Source: Escherichia phage LHE287
Direction: 5' to 3' (one strand)
Length of the DNA stretch: 64,000 nucleotides
Sequence record: PP761450.1
Shown here piece after piece: positions 9,033-16,901 of the stretch; positions within the stretch are counted from its first letter, which is position 1; the number at the start of each line of letters is the position of its first letter. A program made the position numbers and the translations under genes. The notes under the pieces were generated by a model. It was not told the origin of the DNA. It searched no databases and saw only the letters and a list, made by a program, of their open reading frames with translations.

Positions 9033-9805
9033 ACAACCTGGTTTGTATCTATGATATGAAATCAAAGGTCGGTGGCCTGTATCGCGTCCTCGTGGATGTT
9101 GACCTGACGTTGGTCGACAGCCTCTCCCCTTGGGTGCAGTGGTTTAACGAAGAGAATCTCAGCTTATCCAAGCATTATGACGGTCATGGACCAGCGCCGT
9201 TCCAGCCGATTACCAAAGAGTGTTATATGTCCCATGCTGGCGACCTGGCTATTCTGATGCGTGAACGTGCGCATCCGGCGTGGCTATACCATGAAGTCCA
9301 ATTGGGGATGCACAAACAACGTGTGCCAAGCGGTAACGATCCTATGGACTGGTGGCGTCGCCCTGACTTGTACGCCAAGATGAACCCACTTCCTGGCGCT
9401 TACGAGTTCCTGGTGAATCTGAAGAAGATTCTGCTCGAAGACTTTGACAATGTTGAATTCATCGCAGTGTCCAAGTGTGAGCCGGAACACGAGCGCAGCA
9501 AGCGCCAGTTTGTCTATGACAAGTTCCCTGGTATCTTCAACGGGTTTGTCAGCACCGACGAAAAGCATCTGCTGGCTGGCGATGTCCTGATTGATGACAA
9601 TCCGAAGTATGTCGAGCCATGCGGCCTGAACAACATCTTTGTCATCTTTGTTCCTCAGGGCAATTATGAAAAACTGGATCTTTCGAATTCGGAAGACATG
9701 CTTTATATTAAACCAGTAGAAGGCCAGAATCACTTCGACTTCCTGAACCGCAATATTGTCGAAGTGGTGAACCGCCTGATTAGTCATTATCAATACGTCC
9801 GATAG
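9029..9805 (+). CDS. HAD-superfamily phosphatase, candidate 5'(3')-deoxyribonucleotidase
   Basis: HAD motif I VDVDLTLVDS near the N-terminus and DD motif VLIDDNPKY; start overlaps the upstream stop. Confidence 0.45.
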   Translation: MNNLVCIYDMKSKVGGLYRVLVDVDLTLVDSLSPWVQWFNEENLSLSKHYDGHGPAPFQPITKECYMSHAGDLAILMRERAHPAWLYHEVQLGMHKQRVPSGNDPMDWWRRPDLYAKMNPLPGAYEFLVNLKKILLEDFDNVEFIAVSKCEPEHERSKRQFVYDKFPGIFNGFVSTDEKHLLAGDVLIDDNPKYVEPCGLNNIFVIFVPQGNYEKLDLSNSEDMLYIKPVEGQNHFDFLNRNIVEVVNRLISHYQYVR

Positions 9806-9814
9806 GAGGACATC

Positions 9815-10120
9815 GTGCAAGAACAATCCAAGTTCGGGGAAACCCCAGACAAGCATTCCGGTGATAGCGACATGGATGGTGTGATTATCTATGTGAACAA
9901 CTTCATTCGTCAGCAGGAGACTCCAACTCCTATCGGTGCAGCCAAGGCTCTTCATGATGTACTGGTGAAGATCGGCCAGCGCTCTGAAGCAGATGAAATC
10001 TTCTATAACTTCGACGACCAGTATAAAGTTAAGTTTGAAGAGAATGGCCACCCACAGGTTGCTGTGTTCTGGGCACCTTGGCTGGGCGGCGTGAGCTGGC
10101 GTATTGAGGATGCTGTGTAA
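9815..10120 (+). CDS. hypothetical protein (101 aa), GTG start
   Basis: GTG start with strong AGGAGGA RBS; stop overlaps the next start (TAATG). Confidence 0.5.
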   Translation: MQEQSKFGETPDKHSGDSDMDGVIIYVNNFIRQQETPTPIGAAKALHDVLVKIGQRSEADEIFYNFDDQYKVKFEENGHPQVAVFWAPWLGGVSWRIEDAV

Positions 10121-11037
10121 TGGCAAAAATTATCGTAGTGAAAGGAACCAGCGGTACGGGTAAGGGCACCCGTGTTGTCCAGTTCATCGAATGGCTGCGC
10201 ACTAAGCTGGAGCCTACCGAACTGACCTACACCGTTGGTGACAAGACTCGCCCGTTTGGCTTGAAGTTCGGAGAGCTGAAGTTAATCTTCGTTGGACAGT
10301 ACACCGTGTCTAACAAATCCGGCCTGGCTTCCTGGACTTCAATGGATGCAATCCATGCTGCTACAGGCTCAGGCGATATTGCTCGTGATCTAATCAAGTG
10401 CTGGTTGGTTCAGGGATACACTCTGGTGTGCGAGGGTGAACCCCTCATGCTGTCGGACAAATGGCGTCCTGAATGGATGTTCAAGAACTATCCGATTGAA
10501 TCATTGGCGCTGCTGTACTTTGCGTACCCCGACCGCTATCAGTACGATGCTCGTATCCGTGGTCGATCTGGTAAAGAAGCAGGGAACTCCGGCTGGTCGC
10601 GCAACGAATCTTACTACAAGGAGTTTGAGAAGTCGAAGGCCGAAATGCTGGCGCTGGGCTTCACTGTGGCTGTTGATGATTACAGCGGACAGGATATCCT
10701 GTATAAATCACCGGATGCCAACACCCAGGAGTTCACGACCAAACAGCAGTCCGAGTTGGCGGTACTACCGTTCGACGCCCCGCTGTGGGTTGTGGGTAAT
10801 GCGATTTGTCATCAGATACGCTCTGAACTGCGCGGTGTTGACATGCACACCAAAGACTTCTACGCCTACTGTGAAACCAATCCGATGACTCGTGAAATCG
10901 GCGGCCAGGATCCTTTGGCGCACAGAGTCCCTGAGAAGCCGCAGAAGGCATCCAAAACTAAAACCAAGGCGAGCGCCCAGCCAGAAGCAACGAAGGCAGC
11001 GTCGCGCTCTCTCCTTGACCTGATGAAGAAGGGGTGA
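10120..11037 (+). CDS. P-loop kinase, paralog of 51529..52188; candidate 5-hmdU DNA kinase
   Basis: Walker A GTSGTGKGT at the N-terminus, Walker-B-like LVCEGEP; shares motif order with the second P-loop protein; basic low-complexity C-terminus. Confidence 0.5.
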   Translation: MAKIIVVKGTSGTGKGTRVVQFIEWLRTKLEPTELTYTVGDKTRPFGLKFGELKLIFVGQYTVSNKSGLASWTSMDAIHAATGSGDIARDLIKCWLVQGYTLVCEGEPLMLSDKWRPEWMFKNYPIESLALLYFAYPDRYQYDARIRGRSGKEAGNSGWSRNESYYKEFEKSKAEMLALGFTVAVDDYSGQDILYKSPDANTQEFTTKQQSELAVLPFDAPLWVVGNAICHQIRSELRGVDMHTKDFYAYCETNPMTREIGGQDPLAHRVPEKPQKASKTKTKASAQPEATKAASRSLLDLMKKG

Positions 11038-11039
11038 TC

Positions 11040-11237
11040 ATGAAACGGTTGTCTAATTATCTGTTGTTCATTGGTCTGGTTATGGCAGCCGTTTCAATGT
11101 GTACTGCCCTAGCCTATCATTTCACCCCTCTGGACTTAACAACCTCAGAGAAGTTGAACGTGACTGTGATGTACTGTATTGGCGCGGTGATGTCTATCGG
11201 CGCTGCTGGTTACAAAATATTCAAGGAACCAAAATGA
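11040..11237 (+). CDS. small membrane protein (about 65 aa)
   Basis: Two hydrophobic segments; ATG with GGGGTGA RBS. Confidence 0.4.
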   Translation: MKRLSNYLLFIGLVMAAVSMCTALAYHFTPLDLTTSEKLNVTVMYCIGAVMSIGAAGYKIFKEPK

Positions 11238-11611
11238 AAATTCAAATTCCTCGCGATGCTGTGGCTGTTGCGATCGACTACACCGGAAACGCCAAGCACA
11301 TTACTGCCGTGCGCCTGATTCCTGAAAAGAACTGCGTCATCCCTCAGTTCCAACTGAATGCCAATCCGTCATCCAAAGACTTCGGCAAGTGGTTGCAGGC
11401 TGCTCCGTTCCGTACCCAGACGAACGCTCAGATGTTCATCTCGGGTAAGACTCACACTGCAGCCCGTCTGTGGTTCGTGACCGCTGACCGTCGCTTTGTC
11501 GATATGTGGGAACGTCCGATGGGGTTCGTGAAGCCGGAAGATATTCAGCTGGCTCCTGAGCCTGAAGCTGTGGCTCCTGAAGAGGAAGCGAAAGATGCAT
11601 CATTTATCTAA
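11234..11611 (+). CDS. hypothetical protein (125 aa)
   Basis: Start overlaps the upstream stop (ATGA); internal ATG of the track ORF 11099..11611. Confidence 0.45.
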   Translation: MKIQIPRDAVAVAIDYTGNAKHITAVRLIPEKNCVIPQFQLNANPSSKDFGKWLQAAPFRTQTNAQMFISGKTHTAARLWFVTADRRFVDMWERPMGFVKPEDIQLAPEPEAVAPEEEAKDASFI

Positions 11612-12830
11612 AATGCCGACGGGCTATACGCCTCCGGCTGAATGGAAGTACCCGATTGACCTGGCTGTTGATTATCGCAAGCCTGAGAATCGCATGTACC
11701 TGCTCAAGGCTTGGGTGGAGGCGCTGTCCTACACAGAAGAGCACAACCAGCAGATGCGTCTGATGGACTATGCGATCGAAGTCACTGAAGGCATCAGCCT
11801 CGAACAGAAAGTCGAGCGCAAGATCTGGATGGCATTCCTGTGGGGTTGTTGCTATAACGCCGTCGGGCCGTGGACGATCTACAGTGAGTTCCCTGTGCCA
11901 CCTCAGTCTAAGGAAGAGATGCAGCGCTTCTCTGATTGGTATAATCTGAACTTTGATCGCATGCGATTCGATACCGACTGTCGCTACCGCAAGTCCAAGA
12001 TGATTCCGTGTGTTCAGTCCTATATTGACTGGCTGGCTGGTCGTACTCAATATGACGCTTTCCGTGGGATGTTGGTGTGCATCGATAAGACAGAACAATT
12101 CACCCAGCTGTGGGACACGGCGATGTCCTGGAAATACTTCGGTCGCCTGAGCGCCTGGAACTTCCTAGAAGCCCTGAACATGGTCTTCGGGAACGAATAC
12201 ACCATTGACGTCCCTGGCTTCATGCTGCGTGATCGTGATGGAAGCGAGTCCAACCGTAATGGCGCGGCGTTCTTGTCCAACCGTGACGATTGGGTGACTA
12301 AACACGGGAAGAAAAAGATCAACGGTTGTCCTATCACGGATGAAGAGTGTGACATCCTTGAGGCCGACCTTGAGCAGGCGTTCCAGGATTGTGTGGCTGA
12401 GTTCGGGCACCTGACGTTCATCAACCGCCTGAACTTTGAAACCTCCGGCGCTTGTTGGCTGAAGAAATTCTTCCGACTGAAGAATACCCGTTACATCGGG
12501 TGGGACGCAGAGCGTACCTGGGATGAGATAGACTACATGGAACGCGTCTGGCCTGAATACTCCTGCGCAGCGCTCTGGGAAGCCCGTTCGCTCTGGCTGC
12601 CAGATACCCTGTTGTGCGAAAAGGCTCCTGCAGGGCACGTTCCAGGCGTCCAGAAGTGGAAGATGCCTGTATTCTTTGAGACTGGTGTTCCTCTGCATAT
12701 CTGGCACCTGCAAAAGGGTACGCGCTGGGAACCGTCCGAGGTGTGTACGAACCTGAAGATGCCTGTGCGTAAGGTTGAGGACAAGTCGAAGTCCAGCAGT
12801 GTCAACCTCATGGCACTCTTGAAACGCTGA
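11595..12830 (+). CDS. hypothetical protein (411 aa), Trp/Cys-rich; candidate DNA-modification enzyme
   Basis: ATG with GAGGAAG RBS; co-transcribed downstream of the P-loop kinase; no motif recognised by eye. Confidence 0.5.
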   Translation: MHHLSKMPTGYTPPAEWKYPIDLAVDYRKPENRMYLLKAWVEALSYTEEHNQQMRLMDYAIEVTEGISLEQKVERKIWMAFLWGCCYNAVGPWTIYSEFPVPPQSKEEMQRFSDWYNLNFDRMRFDTDCRYRKSKMIPCVQSYIDWLAGRTQYDAFRGMLVCIDKTEQFTQLWDTAMSWKYFGRLSAWNFLEALNMVFGNEYTIDVPGFMLRDRDGSESNRNGAAFLSNRDDWVTKHGKKKINGCPITDEECDILEADLEQAFQDCVAEFGHLTFINRLNFETSGACWLKKFFRLKNTRYIGWDAERTWDEIDYMERVWPEYSCAALWEARSLWLPDTLLCEKAPAGHVPGVQKWKMPVFFETGVPLHIWHLQKGTRWEPSEVCTNLKMPVRKVEDKSKSSSVNLMALLKR

Positions 12831-12863
12831 TATAAATATCCTCGCCTATAAAGCGAGGATATT
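12831..12863 (+). promoter_or_regulatory. T4-type late promoter TATAAATA overlapping an 11-bp hairpin that sequesters the downstream RBS
   Basis: TATAAATA at 12831-12838; perfect inverted repeat AATATCCTCGC-ctataaa-GCGAGGATATT; GAGGA RBS lies in the right arm; ATG at 12867. Confidence 0.5.
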
Positions 12864-12866
12864 ATC

Positions 12867-13034
12867 ATGTTACAAGATCTGCTGGTTTATGCGCTTCCTG
12901 GCGCGGTTGTCGGCTTCATCGCTGGTGCTCTGGTCTTCCGTAAACACGCGCAAGATGGTGAAGTGATTGTTCAGAAAGGCAAAGAGATTCTGGACCAGAT
13001 CGAAGCCAAACTGGAAGAGCTGAAGAAAAAGTAA
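12867..13034 (+). CDS. small single-pass membrane protein (55 aa), probably late-expressed
   Basis: MLQDLLVYALPGAVVGFIAGALVF hydrophobic helix then a charged coiled-coil-like tail; absent from the ORF track because shorter than 60 aa. Confidence 0.45.
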   Translation: MLQDLLVYALPGAVVGFIAGALVFRKHAQDGEVIVQKGKEILDQIEAKLEELKKK

Positions 13035-13057
13035 TCTGACTGGGTTGCTTCCTTCAA

Positions 13058-13099
13058 TAAAGGGGAATGGGTTATTATTAGCCCGTTCCCCTTTCTTTT
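13058..13099 (+). terminator. rho-independent terminator
   Basis: AAAGGGGAATGGG-ttattattag-CCCGTTCCCCTTT followed by CTTTTT. Confidence 0.6.
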
Positions 13100-13201
13100 T
13101 GCAAGAATATACATCATGGCAATGCAACGAATTGAAGATATGTCTCTACTCAACATGGAAGCGACTTTTAGCGCTTCCGTTATCGTCATGGGAGAATCCA
13201 A

Positions 13202-13420
13202 ATGATCAAGAATACCCGAACAATGAAGCGCGCAATCGCTCACTGTGTCCATTCAGTGGCAACTATTATGTTCCGCCACCACATCACATTTGATGAAGCA
13301 CTGGACCCACAGTACCATGAAGAGCGTTGGGATTTGTTGTTAAAGAACGGCGCCAATCCTGAGCATAAAGATCAACTCCTTGGGATGACCAAGGCGCAGC
13401 TCGTCGGTGAATCCAAATGA
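13202..13420 (+). CDS. hypothetical protein (72 aa)
   Basis: ATG with GGAGA RBS; stop overlaps the next start. Confidence 0.45.
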   Translation: MIKNTRTMKRAIAHCVHSVATIMFRHHITFDEALDPQYHEERWDLLLKNGANPEHKDQLLGMTKAQLVGESK

Positions 13421-14532
13421 TCTACCTCCTGTTTGGTGTGCCATTGGTACTGGCTATCCTGTTTGTGACCTACCATCGCAAGACCCATGAGCCGAAAGAG
13501 ACTCTGATAGCGACCGCGATTGTAGTGGTGCTATCCTGTCTGATTCAGGCGGGGACTTATGCTGCGTTCTCCCTTGGCAGTTCAGGGGATGTTGAGATCC
13601 TGAACGGGTACGTCACTGCAAAGGAGCGGAATAAGGTGAGCTGTGAGCATTCATATGAATGCAACTGCTACTACACCACATCGTGCTCCGGCTCCGGCAG
13701 CAGCAAGTCCTGTACCCGCACTCGCCATTGCAGTACATGTTATGAGCATTCATACGACATAGATTGGGATGTGCTGACAACCGTTGGCAACCTGACGATT
13801 GATCGTATTGATCGCCGTGGTCTTAGTCAGCCCCCGCGCTGGGCGCAGGTTCAGATCGGCGAACCCGCAGCCCGTGAGCATTCCTACATGAACTATGTGC
13901 TGGGTAACAAGGACTCTCTGTTCTCTCGTTCAGACCAGCAGTTTGCTGAGCGCTTCAAAGACAAGATTCCGAAGTATCCCGAAGTCTATGACTACTATCG
14001 TGTCACTCGTGTACTGAATGTGTCTGGTCTGGCGTTACCGACCACATACTGGAACGATTATCTGAACAATACTCTGAAAACATTAGGTGCTTCACGTCAG
14101 GTCAATATCGTCTGGGTTGTGACTTCCGGCCAGCCAGTTGAATACTTCCAGGGCTTGGTCTATGCTTGGGATGGTGGTAAAAAGAACGACGTTATCGTCG
14201 TGACCGACATCAGCAAAGATCTGAAGATCAACTGGGGTAAGAGCACTTCGTTCGCTGATGGTATGCATAACCGTGAACTCCATTCTCGTAATGGCATGGC
14301 TCTCACAGGTCACGACATGGGCGTCGGTGTCATGGCTGATGTTGTCGCTAACATCACCAAAGGCTACAACCGCGTTGAGATGAAGGAAATGGAGTACCTG
14401 AAGTGGCGGGAACTCAAGACCTGGGAAGTTGTGATTGTTGTTCTGCTAGGCTGTCTGCCGTTCACCGCAATTTTCATATTACAGCGAATGGAGTACAATG
14501 GTGGCCGTCGTCGTTATCCGTTTAATTTTTAA
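13417..14532 (+). CDS. Cys-rich membrane protein with N- and C-terminal TM helices (371 aa)
   Basis: N-terminal helix MIYLLFGVPLVLAILFV, repeated EHSY(E)C / C-x-C motifs, C-terminal helix VVIVVLLGCLPFTAIFIL; sits immediately upstream of the LemA-like gene. Confidence 0.5.
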   Translation: MIYLLFGVPLVLAILFVTYHRKTHEPKETLIATAIVVVLSCLIQAGTYAAFSLGSSGDVEILNGYVTAKERNKVSCEHSYECNCYYTTSCSGSGSSKSCTRTRHCSTCYEHSYDIDWDVLTTVGNLTIDRIDRRGLSQPPRWAQVQIGEPAAREHSYMNYVLGNKDSLFSRSDQQFAERFKDKIPKYPEVYDYYRVTRVLNVSGLALPTTYWNDYLNNTLKTLGASRQVNIVWVVTSGQPVEYFQGLVYAWDGGKKNDVIVVTDISKDLKINWGKSTSFADGMHNRELHSRNGMALTGHDMGVGVMADVVANITKGYNRVEMKEMEYLKWRELKTWEVVIVVLLGCLPFTAIFILQRMEYNGGRRRYPFNF

Positions 14533-14550
14533 TCAAAAGAGGAAGTAAGA

Positions 14551-15120
14551 ATGTCTCAATCTAAGGGTATCGCAACAGGTTGGATAGTTGGTTTGGCTTT
14601 GCTGGGTATAGTGATTCTCGGCATCAGTACAGTCATCAGCTACTTCAACGACTTCAACCGCACTGAGCAGCAGGTCAAGAAGTTCAACAAAGACTCCGAG
14701 AACTACCTGAGCAACTACACGCTCAAAGTTCAGGAGACGGCGCAGATTCCTGACATGTATAAAGACGGCCTGAAGGAAGTGATCAAAGGCACGTTCGAAG
14801 GGCGTTATGGCGCTGATGGTTCCAAGGCCGTCATGCAGTGGATCCAGGAGCAGAATATTCAGTTCGATTCCAGCCTGTACAAAGAGATCCAGGTGGTGAT
14901 CAGTTCTGGGCGTGATGAATTCCGCATCAGCCAGACCAAGAAGCTGGATATCTGCACAATATACGAAACCAAGCTGGCTCAGTTCCCTGGTTCGTTGATT
15001 GCTGGCATGTTCGGCTACCCGCGTATCGACCTTGACAAGACCTGCCAGGTGGTGAGCGATACCCGTACCCAGGCCGCGTTCGACGCTGGTATTCAGAAAC
15101 CGATTAACTTCAAAGGCTGA
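14551..15120 (+). CDS. LemA-family-like membrane protein (189 aa)
   Basis: N-terminal TM helix; C-terminal region RISQTKKLDICTIYETKLAQFPGSLIAGMFGY matches the LemA pattern R-I-x(n)-FP-x(4)-A-x(2)-FG-F/Y; AAGAGGAAG RBS. Confidence 0.45.
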   Translation: MSQSKGIATGWIVGLALLGIVILGISTVISYFNDFNRTEQQVKKFNKDSENYLSNYTLKVQETAQIPDMYKDGLKEVIKGTFEGRYGADGSKAVMQWIQEQNIQFDSSLYKEIQVVISSGRDEFRISQTKKLDICTIYETKLAQFPGSLIAGMFGYPRIDLDKTCQVVSDTRTQAAFDAGIQKPINFKG

Positions 15121-15124
15121 TGTC

Positions 15125-15538
15125 ATGAGCGTGAAACTCACTGAATCCCTGACACTGGACCAACAGCAGGCTCTGTTGGATGAAGTAGTGATCTCTGCTA
15201 TCAAGCAAGGGATTATCAAAGACGACTTGTTGATTGACCGCCCCGAGATGATCCATCATCTGGTGGTGTGCCTGGGTGAGGCCAGCAACCCTCGCAAGAA
15301 GATCGTGCTGTTTACTGATGGTGTGATCCTTCCGAGCGGGAAATGTGCGTTCTTGGATGTGGTTGAACATCCGAACACGAAAGGCAAAGAGGTCAAGACT
15401 TCTGTTCCGGTGACTCCATACACCGAGGGTGTTGACCAGCTGTCTTGGTTTGAGACAATCAACACCATTTATGTGATGACACCGGACGGTAAACCAGTTC
15501 GGGATCTACGAGGCGGCAAAGTAGAATCTGAAGACTAA
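15125..15538 (+). CDS. hypothetical protein (137 aa)
   Basis: ATG 5 nt after the upstream stop; no recognisable motif. Confidence 0.5.
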   Translation: MSVKLTESLTLDQQQALLDEVVISAIKQGIIKDDLLIDRPEMIHHLVVCLGEASNPRKKIVLFTDGVILPSGKCAFLDVVEHPNTKGKEVKTSVPVTPYTEGVDQLSWFETINTIYVMTPDGKPVRDLRGGKVESED

Positions 15539-15552
15539 TCGTTCTTCAATAA

Positions 15553-15586
15553 AAGGGGATAGGGTATTATTGCTCTATCCCTTTTT
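15553..15586 (+). terminator. rho-independent terminator
   Basis: GGGGATAGGG-tattattg-CTCTATCCC followed by TTTTT; preceded by a TTCAATAAA box. Confidence 0.6.
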
Positions 15587-15650
15587 CGTGGACAAGGAAC
15601 ATGACAGACAATCCAAGAAAGATGAAGAACAAACGCCGGAGCAAACGCTG

Positions 15651-16106
15651 ATGACTACCAAACCAACTTATGAAGAACTGGCGCAGACCGTTCTGACCTT
15701 TGACAGCACCCTGAAGAATCTTTACAAGGTGCTGGGAAATAACCCGACTTCAGAGTCAGGAGAAACAGTTAATCTTCTGTTACTGATGAACCCTCTGTGG
15801 GATATTGATGCCACTATTGCTGCCCTGAAAGATCCTGGGGCACAGGAGCCGGAGCCAACCCCTGTATCCACTGGGATTCAGAAATACCTGGAGAACTTTG
15901 ACGAGTACTCCTTCACCGATCTGCTCCTGCGTGATATGATCAACACAGAACGCCGTCGCCAGGGGAAGAACTGTCCTGTGGTCCAGTCTGATGAAGAAAT
16001 CGAGCAGAGTGTTCGAGAAGATTTGAACAGCACCTACTCGCCGATCGATCTGGCTGTAATGATTGTTCAGGCACTGTCCTATGCTGCCAAGGGGGAAACG
16101 AAATGA
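15651..16106 (+). CDS. hypothetical protein (about 151 aa)
   Basis: First in-frame ATG downstream of the terminator, with GGAG upstream; the track ORF starts at an alternative codon inside the terminator. Confidence 0.45.
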   Translation: MTTKPTYEELAQTVLTFDSTLKNLYKVLGNNPTSESGETVNLLLLMNPLWDIDATIAALKDPGAQEPEPTPVSTGIQKYLENFDEYSFTDLLLRDMINTERRRQGKNCPVVQSDEEIEQSVREDLNSTYSPIDLAVMIVQALSYAAKGETK

Positions 16107-16303
16107 AGAAATCATCTGCGGCTGTTGCTGCTATGCTAGCGCTGTCAGAAATGGAAATCGTCGCCGCGCATCGTGGTGATGATATGTGGGGGCGTCGTTA
16201 CACTCAGGGTGGCACACCCGGCGAACCGGGACATGGTCGTCCATCTGTAACCCGCAAGAAGAAGGCGAAGACTCATGGAAAGAACAAGCGCAAACGTAAG
16301 TGA
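16103..16303 (+). CDS. small basic protein (66 aa)
   Basis: C-terminal TRKKKAKTHGKNKRKRK; start overlaps the upstream stop (ATGA). Confidence 0.4.
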   Translation: MKKSSAAVAAMLALSEMEIVAAHRGDDMWGRRYTQGGTPGEPGHGRPSVTRKKKAKTHGKNKRKRK

Positions 16304-16444
16304 GGAGTGCCTGCAGAAAGATCCTTCAGGCACTCCAAAGTTGGCTAGACCATGGGTGATGTTTGATGACCGACGAGATAATCTTCCTTCGAGCAGAGGT
16401 CGCTCGATTAAGTAAAACCGAACCCAAAAAGTAGAGGATATGTT

Positions 16445-16795
16445 ATGAGTTCTATTGAACAGCTGATCACCCCACAGTATGTGTACTCCAACATTGTTGA
16501 GCACCTGCGCTCACAGTTGAACGTGGGAACCCTGAACAGCACTGACCTGAAAGATCTACAAATCGTTAAAGTCGAAGTGGCGGCCTTTGGTTCTCGTTAT
16601 CACTTCAATGTGGAATACACGCGTGAAGAGAAGCAGGAAAGCTCTATGTTGCTTCTTTCCCACCCACCGAAGATAGCACCGCCAAAGGTTGAGATGGTGA
16701 AACGCACCATCATCGGCTATCTGGAAGAGAAGTTGGAACCTGGTGCCCAGCGCCCAACATTCGACTTCCAGGCGCGATTTGCCACCGAAGATTGA
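16445..16795 (+). CDS. hypothetical protein (116 aa)
   Basis: ATG with GAGGA RBS; followed by a strong terminator. Confidence 0.5.
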   Translation: MSSIEQLITPQYVYSNIVEHLRSQLNVGTLNSTDLKDLQIVKVEVAAFGSRYHFNVEYTREEKQESSMLLLSHPPKIAPPKVEMVKRTIIGYLEEKLEPGAQRPTFDFQARFATED

Positions 16796-16802
16796 TCTGA
16801 AC

Positions 16803-16829
16803 AAAGCCCTCAGCCGAGGGCTTTTTCAA
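16803..16829 (+). terminator. rho-independent terminator
   Basis: AAAGCCCTC-agcc-GAGGGCTTT followed by TT. Confidence 0.7.
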
Positions 16830-16901
16830 TTGAAGACACCCACCGTATTATACCCACTCAACCAATATGTTCCCCTTTGACATTGATAGGATTTCTATAC
16901 T

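Noticed and set aside
13106-13195. 29-aa ORF (MAMQRIEDMSLLNMEATFSASVIVMGESK) downstream of the terminator at 13058..13099
   Set aside because: No Shine-Dalgarno sequence and very short; more likely part of the 5' leader of gene 13202..13420.
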